A stretch of DNA of 64,000 nt from a virus. Every line of letters starts with the position of its first letter. Position 1 is the first letter of the stretch. Of this stretch, positions 36,963 to 48,225 are shown piece by piece. A program made the position numbers and the translations under genes. Below the pieces are notes generated by a model, which did no database searches, had not been told where the DNA came from, and was given only the letters and a program-made list of their open reading frames with translations. The stretch is from the IMG/VR virus record IMGVR_UViG_2718217965_000001. One strand, given 5' to 3'.

Positions 36963-37250
36963 ATGGAAAAGCGCCGTATGTGGACTAAGCAGGAAATTCA
37001 GTTCGTTCGTGAAAATGCCGGAAAGCTGACGTCACAGCAGATTGCCGACAGGCTTAACCGCACCCGTCAGGCTATTCAGTCTCAGGCTAACCGCTGGGGC
37101 CTGTCGGTTCTTGTTCAACCAGCAGACGCGCATGATGCTTATCTTTGTCGCGAGCTTTATAAAGAGGGTCTGACCATTCCGGTTATTGCCGAAAAGATGG
37201 AATTAAGTCGTCGGGTTGTTTCGAATATTGTTTTTTCAGAATGCTATTAA
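36963..37250 (+). CDS. HTH/Myb-like DNA-binding protein
   Basis: WTKQEIQF...IADRLNRT; second HTH IAEKMELS. Confidence 0.75.
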   Translation: MEKRRMWTKQEIQFVRENAGKLTSQQIADRLNRTRQAIQSQANRWGLSVLVQPADAHDAYLCRELYKEGLTIPVIAEKMELSRRVVSNIVFSECY

Positions 37251-37262
37251 TTCAGTGAGGCT

Positions 37263-37883
37263 TTGATGAATACTTTAAATACCATCCCGGAAGGTTACCG
37301 GATTAACGCTCAGGGGCATTTAGTTCCTGAATCACAGATTAAACCACTGGATAAACTGCGTGATGAAATGGTGCTCGGCATCGTTGAGGCGGCTCGTCTG
37401 CAGCGTCAGTCTCTGGTCGAGTTCAAGCTCGGCTCTATGGCGAAAATCGGTGACTTTATCGACCTTTCAGCAGCGGAGTACGGCGTGGAGTATGGCGGTG
37501 CCAAAGGCAATGTCACACTGGCCAGCTTTGATGGCCGTTATAAGCTGGTTCGCGCCGTAGGCGAGCATCGCATCTTTGATGAGCGCATTCAGGCAGCGAA
37601 GAAGCTGATTGATGACTGCATTCATGAATGGTCTGCCGGAGCTAATGAAAAGATTATGGCAATGGTCGATCATGCCTTCCGTGTCAATAAACAGGGCCGG
37701 ATTGATATCAATCAGGTTCTGGGTCTCCGCTCACTGAATATTGACGATGCCAAATGGAATGAAGCGATGGATGCCGTCGCGGACGCGATTCAGGTGACGG
37801 GAACCAGTCAGTACCTGCGTTTATATGAGCGTCAGGATGATGGCACTTATAAGCAAATATCGCTGGATTTAGCCAAGCTCTGA
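37263..37883 (+). CDS. DUF3164-like protein
   Basis: G.LVPES.IKP.D, KGNVTL.SFDG, Y.RLYER. Confidence 0.8.
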   Translation: MMNTLNTIPEGYRINAQGHLVPESQIKPLDKLRDEMVLGIVEAARLQRQSLVEFKLGSMAKIGDFIDLSAAEYGVEYGGAKGNVTLASFDGRYKLVRAVGEHRIFDERIQAAKKLIDDCIHEWSAGANEKIMAMVDHAFRVNKQGRIDINQVLGLRSLNIDDAKWNEAMDAVADAIQVTGTSQYLRLYERQDDGTYKQISLDLAKL

Positions 37884-37963
37884 ATATTCGTTAATTAGTT
37901 TTATTTAATTTCCGGCGTCAGCGCCGTGGGGTTGCTCACGCCGAAAATCAGTAGGGACATATT

Positions 37964-38461
37964 ATGAATCCGAAAACAAAAGGTATTTTTGAGGCTGCTT
38001 TCGCCAAATGGGGATTTGAATCTCAGGTACTGGTTCTTTCTGAAGAAGCCAGCGAATTATCTGCTGCCTGTTCGCGTTTTCTTAACCACAAAACCGACAT
38101 CAGCAAAGTGGCAGAAGAAGCGGCGGATGTCGAGATCATGATTGAGCAACTGCGTCATAACGGGGTGGGCCCCATGATAGACAATGAAAAAAATCGCAAG
38201 ATGGCGCGTCTGGCTCAGGTTGTTGGTGTTGAGTCGCAACCAGTCAGCCCCTTTGGTCCGTCCGTTCTGGGGCTGCTGGAGGAAGCGACAGAGCAGATGG
38301 GGCTGGCAGAAACCCTCTATCGCGACACCAAAACCAGCAATCGTTATGCCGCCGCCCGCGCCCGTATGGCCATCAGTCTGCTGATGCAGGCGGCTCAGAA
38401 GATGATGCGCGAGCAGCAGTATGCCGAACGTATGCGGGCAGAGGATAAATCTCATGGTTAA
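37964..38461 (+). CDS. Protein with an N-terminal MazG/NTP-PPase-like domain
   Basis: EEASEL...VAEEAADV acidic motif. Confidence 0.65.
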   Translation: MNPKTKGIFEAAFAKWGFESQVLVLSEEASELSAACSRFLNHKTDISKVAEEAADVEIMIEQLRHNGVGPMIDNEKNRKMARLAQVVGVESQPVSPFGPSVLGLLEEATEQMGLAETLYRDTKTSNRYAAARARMAISLLMQAAQKMMREQQYAERMRAEDKSHG

Positions 38462-38897
38462 TTTAGAGCAGATTAAAGCCGATATTGCGGCCCGTAAGGC
38501 GATGCCAGCATGGGGGGCTCATACTTCCATTGAGCGCATCAGGACTATCAATTCCACGCTTCCCAGCTTTTCGCTGAAAACGGTTGAGGCGCTGGTAGAG
38601 ATGCTTGAGTCCTGCAATAGCACCAAAGCAATTAACGACGTTTTAGCTGAACGCCAGCGGCAGCAGACAGTTAAAGGATTCTCGACTGAGCAGGATGATA
38701 CCTATATTGGCGGCGAGCTGGCTGCCGCGGCCATCAGCTATATCGAGCCGATGGAGGCTGCAAGCTATTGGCCTGCTGACTGGCATGATGACAGTTTTAG
38801 ACCAACAGACTATCGGCGTAACTTAGTTAAAGCCGCCGCACTTATCATCGCTGAAATTGAGCGTCTTGATCGCCAATTGCCTGAGGGGGGCCTATGA
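38454..38897 (+). CDS. Conserved phage protein
   Basis: DVLAERQRQ...DD...GELAAAA..Y...WP...RRNLVKAAALIIAEIERLD. Confidence 0.75.
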   Translation: MVNLEQIKADIAARKAMPAWGAHTSIERIRTINSTLPSFSLKTVEALVEMLESCNSTKAINDVLAERQRQQTVKGFSTEQDDTYIGGELAAAAISYIEPMEAASYWPADWHDDSFRPTDYRRNLVKAAALIIAEIERLDRQLPEGGL

Positions 38898-39448
38898 CCC
38901 GCTCAAACGCAATCCAGATTATCCATATCGCCAAAGGCCAGCTGGCGCTTGACGATGATACATACCGCTCCCTGTTAGGGGCGGTAGTTCAGGGCAAGTC
39001 GAGCTGTCGCGAGATGACCATCATCGAGCTGCAGAATGTTATTCAGGCGCTGGAGGCTAAGGGGTTCAAAAGCAAACCTCAGCGCCGCTCTAAGCGCCGC
39101 ATGTCTGCCCCGTCTGACGTAAGTCTGAAAATCCGCGCAATATGGAAAACAATGTTTAAAGAGGGTTTTATCCGGGATGGTAGCGATGTCGCGCTCGACC
39201 GTTTTGTCCAGCGCCAGACCCGCATCCGTAATGGCGGTGCTGGCGTCTCCAGCCTGGAATGGTTGCGCGGTGATGCCGAAGCGAATTTCCTTGAGAGCCT
39301 GAAGCAATGGCACATCCGGGCGATGAGAGAGGCTATGTTAGCGCACTGCGTCCGGCTCCCTGAAAATCCGGTCACCGGCGAAGAAAGCCGGGACTATGAC
39401 ACAATCTGCAGTGCTTACGCTGACGCAGCCAGAAGGTGGATAAAATGA
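38894..39448 (+). CDS. gemA: GemA/gp16-like protein
   Basis: IHIAK.QL.LDDDTYR..L...GKSS; E.LKQW. Confidence 0.88.
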   Translation: MTRSNAIQIIHIAKGQLALDDDTYRSLLGAVVQGKSSCREMTIIELQNVIQALEAKGFKSKPQRRSKRRMSAPSDVSLKIRAIWKTMFKEGFIRDGSDVALDRFVQRQTRIRNGGAGVSSLEWLRGDAEANFLESLKQWHIRAMREAMLAHCVRLPENPVTGEESRDYDTICSAYADAARRWIK

Positions 39449-39834
39449 GTGACGATCTCTTTGGTGATGTTCGTGATGACAGTTTGCTGGATCATCTCAG
39501 TGATGAAACTGAGAATGTCCGTTTCCCGTCGATTCTTGCTGAACTCAATTCAATACTAAGCCGGGAACTGGCGAGACTGGGCGGCGATTCTTCGCATTCT
39601 CTGGAGTTGGTAATTGCGATAACTCGTCATATCGGGGGAATGCAAATCTATGTTCCTCGGGGACAGCGGCTTGAATTCCTGGTACGCGATATGCAAATCT
39701 GGCGTGATTACTGTAACAGGGCCAGTGTTGATACCCTTGTTACGCGCTACCATGTCACCTACAAAACGGTGTATAAAGCCATCAGGCGTATGCGCAGGCT
39801 GGAGCACAAGAAGTACCAGCCATCACTTTTTTGA
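39445..39834 (+). CDS. mor: Mor/C family transcription activator
   Basis: GG.QIYVPRG...RD..IW...L..RY......VY..I. Confidence 0.9.
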   Translation: MSDDLFGDVRDDSLLDHLSDETENVRFPSILAELNSILSRELARLGGDSSHSLELVIAITRHIGGMQIYVPRGQRLEFLVRDMQIWRDYCNRASVDTLVTRYHVTYKTVYKAIRRMRRLEHKKYQPSLF

Positions 39835-40078
39835 GGGATGTTATGAATAAGTTATGGGGACTTTTTTTTACTGTATTGGTTTCAAATTCATGCATTGCTG
39901 ATGACGCTATGCCATCTTCAACCACTTTACTTAAAAATTTCGATAAATTGGGGATTGTCGAAAAAGGGAAGTGGAAGAATGGGGAATCCCCTGATGGCAT
40001 TAAAACATTAATTTTTCGTGATGTTGGTGACATATATTCCCTCAATCCTGATTTTGCTTCTTCTGTCTCTCTTACTAA

Positions 40079-41273
<1,195 letters not shown>

Positions 41274-41542
41274 CTAAAGGAGAGAAAAATAAAGAGGAAT
41301 TTTTACATTCTGAGGAAGTATGCAAAAATTTGGTTTATGGTGTGGTAGGGGAAAAAAATCAGGCCATTGACGATGTAGTGACAAACATTGTTTATGGTGC
41401 TGCAAGAAAGAAGACAAGAAGTGACAGTGACTCTGTAAAAGACTATTGGATAGAAGCTGAGTTTATTTACATAGGTGAAACTCCCGGATTGGCATGTAAA
41501 GTATCAAAAGTTGTCAAATGGGATTGAATTAAATATTAACAA

Positions 41543-41558
41543 GGAAGCCGGTTAATCC
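41543..41558 (+). promoter_or_regulatory. Candidate Mor/C activator site of the lysis operon (also forms a terminator-like hairpin)
   Basis: GGAAGCCGGTTAATCC, 14/16 identical to 49218-49233. Confidence 0.5.
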
Positions 41559-41622
41559 GGCTTTTTTTTTGCCTGTCGCAAAATGGGATTAGTCAGATTT
41601 ACTTAATCCTAAAGGTGCAGGC

Positions 41623-42201
41623 ATGACAACATCATTTACCCCCGCATTTTCTCACGCGCTCGCTTTCGTTCTCGCCCGCGAAGGTAGTTATGTTAATGAC
41701 CCGACCGACAAAGGCGGGGAAACCAAATACGGCATTTCCGACAAGCGCGATGGTCTTGCCGATGGCAAAACCGACGTCGATGGCGACGGAAAACCCGATA
41801 CCCGCATTAAGGACCTGACCGAGGAACAGGCCGGGCAAATTTATTTCCGCGATTACTGGTATCCGGCTTATTGCACTGACTGGCCAGACGGTATCTCACT
41901 CTTTGTCTTTGATTCCTCCGTGCAGCATGGCGCTAAAAAAGCGATCCAGCTCCTGCAGGATGCAGTGGGCGTCACCGCTGATGGCATTGTCGGCCCCAAA
42001 ACCACCAAAGCAGTTATTGGCGCTGATGCCGAATGGCTGCTGACTCGCTGCTTCCTGCGCCGTTCCCGCTATTACGCCGAGATCATCAAAGCCAATTCCT
42101 CGCAAGGTAAATACCTCAATGGCTGGTTTAACCGTCTCGATGAGCTGGCGAACGCCTGTCAGGAGGTCATCGGCGGTCAGGTCTCGGTTCCCCGGAGCTG
42201 A
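41623..42201 (+). CDS. Endolysin, glycoside hydrolase family 108
   Basis: EG.YVNDP.D.GGETKYGI; DGIVGP.T; GW.NR. Confidence 0.92.
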   Translation: MTTSFTPAFSHALAFVLAREGSYVNDPTDKGGETKYGISDKRDGLADGKTDVDGDGKPDTRIKDLTEEQAGQIYFRDYWYPAYCTDWPDGISLFVFDSSVQHGAKKAIQLLQDAVGVTADGIVGPKTTKAVIGADAEWLLTRCFLRRSRYYAEIIKANSSQGKYLNGWFNRLDELANACQEVIGGQVSVPRS

Positions 42202-42203
42202 GC

Positions 42204-42422
42204 ATGGGTAAGGGCTGGGATTCATCGTTACGCGCGGGGCGGCGGGATCGTCTCCGTCAGGAGGTGCTTCACCGGGTTGCCGGTGGCCCTCCGCCCGTTC
42301 CACAGGACTACACAGGCTGTGACGGTACTCATGCCAGCTATTACCGCAAAGGCTGGGACTCCGTCGATACAAGAGACATTGTCTGGCAGTGCCAGCGATA
42401 CAAGGAAAAGCATCATGTTTAA
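42204..42422 (+). CDS. Hypothetical protein
   Basis: GGAG RBS; 72 aa. Confidence 0.6.
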   Translation: MGKGWDSSLRAGRRDRLRQEVLHRVAGGPPPVPQDYTGCDGTHASYYRKGWDSVDTRDIVWQCQRYKEKHHV

Positions 42423-42822
42423 ATCGTTGAATACCGACTGGCTGAAGCTGGCATTACTCCGGGTATTTCAGTCCGGCTGGACGGTGGTGATTCTGGTGGG
42501 ATTGTCGCTGCTGTTCTGCAGCTTCACTGGCCGTCAGGCGTTTATTGTCTGGTGGCTGACATTCGCCGGTGTGCTGTTAATCGGTGCGAGCGTATGGCTC
42601 GGCAATCTCCCGTATCGTCTGCTGCAGCCGGGTAATTCCGTTCGCCGGTGGTCAGGTGCTCTGTCCTGGATTATCTGGGGCGCAGGTTTCCTGTTGCTGG
42701 CCGTCGCTCCCGCGAATGCAAAAGACCCGTGGATCCTGCTTTTTAATCCGCTGGCTGGACTGACTGCCTTCCTTCTCTGGTTATGGGCTTCACATAAGGA
42801 GCCCCTTAAATGGATCCGATAA
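42415..42822 (+). CDS. Four-TM membrane protein (possible holin)
   Basis: Four hydrophobic segments within the lysis cassette. Confidence 0.65.
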   Translation: MFKSLNTDWLKLALLRVFQSGWTVVILVGLSLLFCSFTGRQAFIVWWLTFAGVLLIGASVWLGNLPYRLLQPGNSVRRWSGALSWIIWGAGFLLLAVAPANAKDPWILLFNPLAGLTAFLLWLWASHKEPLKWIR

Positions 42823-43415
42823 CCCTTTCCACAGTGGCCTCCGTTCTGCTCAAAGCCGGGCCTTCTCTGGTCCGAACTGTCGGAGGCTGGTTCGGCAGCG
42901 ATACCGCAAGAGCCGCCGACTCGGTGGCCAGTATTGTCGAGACCGTCAACGGTGCCATCAATCCCGCCGACCAGCAGCGTGTTCTGGAGCAGAAGCTGGC
43001 GCAGTTGCCCCCCGAACAGCTGGTACAGCTGGAAACCCTCAAGGTACAGCTGCAGCAGTTCCAGCTGGAGCGGGACAAGGCGCAGATGGCCGACCAGCAG
43101 GCCGCGCAACATGAACAGCAGGAAACCATCCGCAACGGCGATAACGCCACGGACGAATATGTCCGCCAGACCCGCCCGCTGATGGCCCGCTTATCCCTCT
43201 ACAGCAGTATCGCTTACGTGATGATCATGTCGCTGGGCCAGCAGGCTGGCGCAGTAGCCGGTGCCTTTGGCCACGCGTTTTCCATGCCCGAACCGGACTG
43301 GGATATCGCGCTCATGCTGGCGACCCCGGCGCTGGGCTATCTGGGTTTCAGGACGCTGGACGGTTTCGCCCGGTACAGCAAATCCAGCAAACACAAGGTC
43401 ATGGTGGGTAAATGA
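42810..43415 (+). CDS. Membrane protein, 3TM-holin-like
   Basis: Coiled coil then RP...TM...LGYLG.RTLD. Confidence 0.65.
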   Translation: MDPITLSTVASVLLKAGPSLVRTVGGWFGSDTARAADSVASIVETVNGAINPADQQRVLEQKLAQLPPEQLVQLETLKVQLQQFQLERDKAQMADQQAAQHEQQETIRNGDNATDEYVRQTRPLMARLSLYSSIAYVMIMSLGQQAGAVAGAFGHAFSMPEPDWDIALMLATPALGYLGFRTLDGFARYSKSSKHKVMVGK

Positions 43416-43642
43416 CTAAAGCATTTGATCGCGCCAGCGACCTTGAAATGGAAGAACGGGAACGGCTCTTAAACCAGCATTTAAAGCGCGTTAAAGAGCT
43501 GCCGGATGAGTACGGGTTCTGTAACGACTGCGGCGCAGCGATTTCGGCGAAGCGACTCCGGGCGCTGCCGTACGCAGTGACCTGCTTCACCTGTCAGACC
43601 ATCAGAGAACATAAGGAGAAGCATGGGCTGGGAAATAATTAA
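43412..43642 (+). CDS. TraR/DksA C4 zinc-finger protein
   Basis: DRAS..E; CNDCG..I...R..A.P....C..CQ. Confidence 0.9.
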   Translation: MTKAFDRASDLEMEERERLLNQHLKRVKELPDEYGFCNDCGAAISAKRLRALPYAVTCFTCQTIREHKEKHGLGNN

Positions 43643-43925
43643 GGGTAACTGGGCGATCATCTGGGCGCTGTTTATGTCCGCCGTGAACGTTATCCAGCTC
43701 CTGCTGGCCAAAACCTACGTCAAACGCGAGGAGCTGGAATTGTTGCGTACCCGTCTGCAGGGCATCGAAAACACCATTGCAGGACTTCCCAGCCAGAAAG
43801 ACCTGCATCAGCTGCAGCTGGAAATGAGCAACCTGCGGGGCGATTTGCGCGAACTGGGCCCGGCGATTCGCCAGGTAAAACACGTCAGCGATCTGCTTCT
43901 GGAAAACGAGCTGAAGGAAAAATAA
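43623..43925 (+). CDS. DUF2730-like protein
   Basis: N-terminal TM plus coiled coil; ends LLLENEL. Confidence 0.8.
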   Translation: MGWEIIKGNWAIIWALFMSAVNVIQLLLAKTYVKREELELLRTRLQGIENTIAGLPSQKDLHQLQLEMSNLRGDLRELGPAIRQVKHVSDLLLENELKEK

Positions 43926-43928
43926 GAG

Positions 43929-44222
43929 GTGACTATGCGTGACATTCTCGACCAGGACCAGCGCCTGGTTATTCTGCGATCCCTTGTCGAATGCGGCGAC
44001 AGTGCCAACGAGTCGATTCTGCAGACCTGCCTGCAGACGTATGGCCATCGCGTTTCCCGCGATACGGTGCGCACGCATCTGGCGTGGCTGCGTGAGCAGG
44101 GTCTGGTCAGTCTGGCGGATGTTTCCGGCTGTTATGTGGCTGAAATCACCGGTCGCGGTGATGACGTCGCCAGCGGTCTGGCTACGGTTCCGGGGGTGAA
44201 AAAGCCCCGCGCGAGGGGGTAA
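43929..44222 (+). CDS. Winged-helix protein (Mu gp26-like)
   Basis: RL.ILR.L...WL.EQGLV...G.DVA.G...VPGV. Confidence 0.8.
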   Translation: MTMRDILDQDQRLVILRSLVECGDSANESILQTCLQTYGHRVSRDTVRTHLAWLREQGLVSLADVSGCYVAEITGRGDDVASGLATVPGVKKPRARG

Positions 44223-44224
44223 TC

Positions 44225-44500
44225 ATGGCGAAGAAAAAACCGTTGCCTGCTGCAGCGCGTAGTGCCATCAGACGGCTCGCTGCCGCGTTTGTCTGCGCTG
44301 AACTTGAGCTGCAGGTTGTGGCGAAGTTCGTCGAAGAAAAAACGGGCAAGCCCTATGACCGCAACGCTTCTGACAGTTATCTCAATTCGTTTCTGGATTC
44401 CGATCCAGAAGTTCGCCGTGTGTGGGAACTGATGCAGAAAGATATTGTATCCACCCGCAAAGACTTTGCCGACCGGCTGGGGATAGACCGTGACTGCTGA
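44225..44500 (+). CDS. Hypothetical protein
   Basis: GAGG RBS; 91 aa. Confidence 0.65.
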   Translation: MAKKKPLPAAARSAIRRLAAAFVCAELELQVVAKFVEEKTGKPYDRNASDSYLNSFLDSDPEVRRVWELMQKDIVSTRKDFADRLGIDRDC

Positions 44501-45068
44501 ACAACGCCCGACCCGTGGTCGCCCCTCAAAAATCGACCTGCTACCGGATGGTGTACGCGATCAGCTGCATCAGATGCTGCGTGAGAAACGTCATACCCAG
44601 GAAGAAATCCGCGAAGCGATTAATGAGCTTATCGACAGCCACAACCTGCCGGAGGATATGAAGCTCAGTCGCACGGGCCTGAACCGCTACGCCAGCCGTA
44701 TGGAGGAGTTCGGAGCAAAGATTCGCGCCTCCCGCGAAATGGCGGAAATCTGGGCCGCGAAGCTGGGTTCTGCGCCGACGTCTGACGTCGGCAAATTGTT
44801 GATGGAATTCGTGAAAACGCTGGCGTTTGAAACTTCCATGTCAATGGCCGAAAGCGGTAAGACTGTCGAACCGAAAGCCCTCGGCCAGCTGGCGCTGGTT
44901 GCTCAGCGTCTGGAAGCGGCCGCGATGGCCAGCCACAAGCGCGAGAAAGAAATCCGCCAGGCCTTCGCCGAAGAGGCCGCCGCGCAGGCGGAGAAAATCA
45001 CCAAAAGCGCCGGACTGTCTGCGGAAACTGCCGCTGATATCCGTCGCCAGATTCTGGGGATCGCATGA
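44490..45068 (+). CDS. Putative terminase small subunit (DUF3486, Mu gp27-like)
   Basis: GR.SKID.LP; directly precedes terL. Confidence 0.85.
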   Translation: MTAEQRPTRGRPSKIDLLPDGVRDQLHQMLREKRHTQEEIREAINELIDSHNLPEDMKLSRTGLNRYASRMEEFGAKIRASREMAEIWAAKLGSAPTSDVGKLLMEFVKTLAFETSMSMAESGKTVEPKALGQLALVAQRLEAAAMASHKREKEIRQAFAEEAAAQAEKITKSAGLSAETAADIRRQILGIA

Positions 45069-46654
45069 TGGCCGGACCATTGTCAGCGCAGGAGCAGTTA
45101 CGTAATCAGTCCGCCAGCGCCATTCTGGCGGGCGAGTTCGACGCGCATCAGGTGCTGCTACCGTATCAGCGCCGCTGGATTACGGACACATCCCAGCTCA
45201 AGATTGCCGAGAAATCCCGTCGTACCGGCCTGACGTGGGCGGAAGCCGCCGAGGCCGCGCTCAGCGGGTCAATGTCACCGGAAGCCGGAGGAACTGACAC
45301 CTTCTATGTCGGCACCACTAAAGACATGGCGCGTGAGTTTATCGACGCCTGCGCCATGTGGGCGAAGGCATATAATCTCGCGGCCTCCGCGATTGGCGAG
45401 GAAGCGCTGGAGGATGACGACAAGGACATACTGGTTTACGTCATCAACTTTGCCAGCGGCTTCAAAATCAAGGCGCTGTCGTCAAACCCCTCTAACCTGC
45501 GCGGTATGCAGGGTAACGTCATCATTGACGAAGCGGCATTCCAGAAAGACCTCGCTGCCGTGCTGAAAGCGGCGCTGGCGCTCACCATGTGGGGGTCTAA
45601 GGTCCGTTTGATCTCCACCCATAACGGCATTGAAAACCTGTTCAATACCATCATCACTGACAGCCGCGCGGGCAAAAAACGGTACTCCGTTCATCGTATT
45701 GATATCGAGCTGGCCATCAGCGAAGGGCTGTATCGTCGTATCTGTCAGGTGACGAAAAAGCCGTGGTCACCGGAAGCCGAGGCGGAGTGGCTGGCGAACC
45801 TGCTGAGCGATACCGCCACCGAAGAAGACGCCCGCGAGGAATACTACTGTGAGCCTAAGAACGGCGGCGGCACCTATCTGGCCCGCTCCATCCGTGAACG
45901 TGCTGCGCGGGGCCCCGGTCCCGTTCTGCGCTTCACCGGTACGGCTGAGTTCAATGCCATGCCGGAAATCATCCGGGCGCTGGATATGCAGGAATGGCTG
46001 GATAAGGAGGTGCTGCCCGTGCTGAACACGCTGCCGCAAAACCTTCGCCACTGCCTCGGAGAAGACTTTGCGCGGTCGGGCCACCTGACCGTTTTTGCGC
46101 CGATGACCGTCAACGATGATACCACCCGCACCGTGCCGTTCCTGGTCGAGCTGGCCAATGTGCCCTACAAGCAGCAGGAGCAGGCGCTGTTCTTTATCTG
46201 CGATCGGTTGCCCCGCCGTGACGGTATCAAGCTCGATGGCCGGGGGAACGGTAACTATCTGGCCGAACAGGCGGCGGAGAAGTACGGCGCTGAGGTGGAG
46301 GTGGTGATGCCATCCGTCGCCCACTACCGCGAGAACATGCCGCGCTTCAAGGCTGCGTTCGAAGACGATGAACTGGTACTGCCGAAGCATGAGGACGTTA
46401 TCAGTGACCTCGGGCAGATTGTCGTTCAGCGCGGGGTGCCAGGTATTGATGACCGGGAGAACACCGGCAGCGATGGCCACAAGCGTCACGGCGACAGCGC
46501 GTATGCGATCTTCCTCGCCTTTCTCGCCAGTAAAGAGGACTGCCAGCGCTACGAACTGCACCGGCTTAACACTCCCCAACAGCAGCGCAACAGCGACAGT
46601 CATCGTCAGTTGCGTATCACCCGTGGTCTTAAAAATCAGCGAGGACTGCTCTGA
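45065..46654 (+). CDS. Terminase large subunit (Mu gp28-like)
   Basis: LLPYQ; EKSRRTGLT; IIDEAAF; HGD. Confidence 0.95.
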   Translation: MMAGPLSAQEQLRNQSASAILAGEFDAHQVLLPYQRRWITDTSQLKIAEKSRRTGLTWAEAAEAALSGSMSPEAGGTDTFYVGTTKDMAREFIDACAMWAKAYNLAASAIGEEALEDDDKDILVYVINFASGFKIKALSSNPSNLRGMQGNVIIDEAAFQKDLAAVLKAALALTMWGSKVRLISTHNGIENLFNTIITDSRAGKKRYSVHRIDIELAISEGLYRRICQVTKKPWSPEAEAEWLANLLSDTATEEDAREEYYCEPKNGGGTYLARSIRERAARGPGPVLRFTGTAEFNAMPEIIRALDMQEWLDKEVLPVLNTLPQNLRHCLGEDFARSGHLTVFAPMTVNDDTTRTVPFLVELANVPYKQQEQALFFICDRLPRRDGIKLDGRGNGNYLAEQAAEKYGAEVEVVMPSVAHYRENMPRFKAAFEDDELVLPKHEDVISDLGQIVVQRGVPGIDDRENTGSDGHKRHGDSAYAIFLAFLASKEDCQRYELHRLNTPQQQRNSDSHRQLRITRGLKNQRGLL

Positions 46655-48225
46655 TGTTAAAAAAACTTACCGGGGCCATCCGCAGCCTGTTGAGTCCCTC
46701 AACGGGTGAGCCGGTCACTGTCAGTGAATCGGATATGAAACAGGCTGAAGCGAGGGCCGGGAGCGTCAGCGTCAGGCGACCCTCTCCGGGCATCAGCGTG
46801 GCGAGTACCTTATCTCCGGCCAGACTGGCCGGGGTGTTACGTAATGTGACCGAAGGCAATGCCAGCGATTACTTTATCCTGGCCGAAGAAATGGAAGAGC
46901 GTGACCTGCACTATTCCAGCGTCTTACGTACCCGTAAGCTGACCGTCGCCGGTATTCCTCCGGCAGTGGAAGCGGCGAGCGACGATGAACATGATGTGAT
47001 GCTGGCTGATGCCGTACGCGATTTGATTGAGCAGCCGCAGATACCTGAGCTGCTGTTTGACCTGCTTGACGGGCTCGGCAAGGGTGTGGGTGTCTGCGAA
47101 ATCCTCTGGGACACCCGTGACGGCTGGAAACCCCGCGACTACGAATGGGTTGACCCGCGTTTCCTCAAAACTGACCGCGAAACCCTGCGCCAGTTCCGCC
47201 TGCTGACCGATGAGCAGCCGGTTGATGGTATCCCGCTGACGCCAGGTAAGTATGTTATCCATTATCCCCGCCTCAAGTCCGGTCTGCCCCTGCGTAACGG
47301 TCTGGCCCGTCTGGTGGCGGTGATGTATATGCTGAAGTCCTTCACCGTCCGTGACTGGTGGGCGTTCGCCGAGAAGTTTGGCATTCCCATCGTCGTCGGC
47401 AAGTACGGGACCAATGCCTCCGATGAGCAGATTAAGATCCTCATTGACGCCATCAGTTCCATCGCTTCCGATGCCGGGTGTGCTATCCCCCAGAGTATGC
47501 AGCTTGAGATGCAGGAGACGGCCAGCCGTAACGGCGGTGGTGCTCTCTTTAAAGAAATGGCGGAGTGGTGCGACGCCCAGACCAGTAAGGCCGTACTGGG
47601 GCAAACTATGACCACCGATGACGGCAGTTCGCGGTCTCAGGCCGACGTACATGACCGGGTGCGCATGGATATTGCCCGCTGGGATGCCCGTCAGCTGGAA
47701 AACACCCTCAATGAGTTTCTGGTCCGTCCGTTTATTCAGTTCAACTACGGCCCGCAGGAAAAGTATCCGCGTGTGAAGCTGGCTATCAGCGAGCCGGAGG
47801 ACCTCAAAGCCTTTGTCGATGCGCTTATTCCCCTGGTTGATCGTGGTTTGCGGGTGCAGGAATCAGAGGTCCGGGACAAGTTTGGTCTGGGTGAGCCGGA
47901 GACCGGCGCGGTAGTACTCTCGCCGTCCAACAGCTTCTCTGCCTTCAGCCCGGCACCGGCGCTCAACCGTGAGCAACTGGCGCTTAACCGCTCGCAGGAC
48001 GATGCGATTGATGCGATGGTCAGCGAGGCGCTGAAGGACTGGGAGCAGACCGGCGATACATTTACCAGTCCGGTGCTGCAGCTGGCGAAAGACGCGGGGA
48101 GCTTTGAGGAGTTTCTGGCACGTCTGCCGGACCTGCAGAAGACGCTGGAACCTGCCGCGTTCGTCGAGCAGCTGGCGATGCTGAGCTTTAAGGCACGTGC
48201 ACTGGGAGATGCGAACGATGGCTAA
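46654..48225 (+). CDS. Portal protein (Mu gp29, DUF935)
   Basis: EMEERD.H; F.EKFG.P..VGKY; SKAVLGQT. Confidence 0.95.
   Translation: MLKKLTGAIRSLLSPSTGEPVTVSESDMKQAEARAGSVSVRRPSPGISVASTLSPARLAGVLRNVTEGNASDYFILAEEMEERDLHYSSVLRTRKLTVAGIPPAVEAASDDEHDVMLADAVRDLIEQPQIPELLFDLLDGLGKGVGVCEILWDTRDGWKPRDYEWVDPRFLKTDRETLRQFRLLTDEQPVDGIPLTPGKYVIHYPRLKSGLPLRNGLARLVAVMYMLKSFTVRDWWAFAEKFGIPIVVGKYGTNASDEQIKILIDAISSIASDAGCAIPQSMQLEMQETASRNGGGALFKEMAEWCDAQTSKAVLGQTMTTDDGSSRSQADVHDRVRMDIARWDARQLENTLNEFLVRPFIQFNYGPQEKYPRVKLAISEPEDLKAFVDALIPLVDRGLRVQESEVRDKFGLGEPETGAVVLSPSNSFSAFSPAPALNREQLALNRSQDDAIDAMVSEALKDWEQTGDTFTSPVLQLAKDAGSFEEFLARLPDLQKTLEPAAFVEQLAMLSFKARALGDANDG

Noticed and set aside
41330..41527. 65-aa ORF as an independent gene
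   Set aside because: It is the 3' part of the IS5-interrupted gene.
45767..47652. 278-aa and 242-aa minus-strand ORFs
   Set aside because: Shadows of the GC-rich terminase and portal genes.
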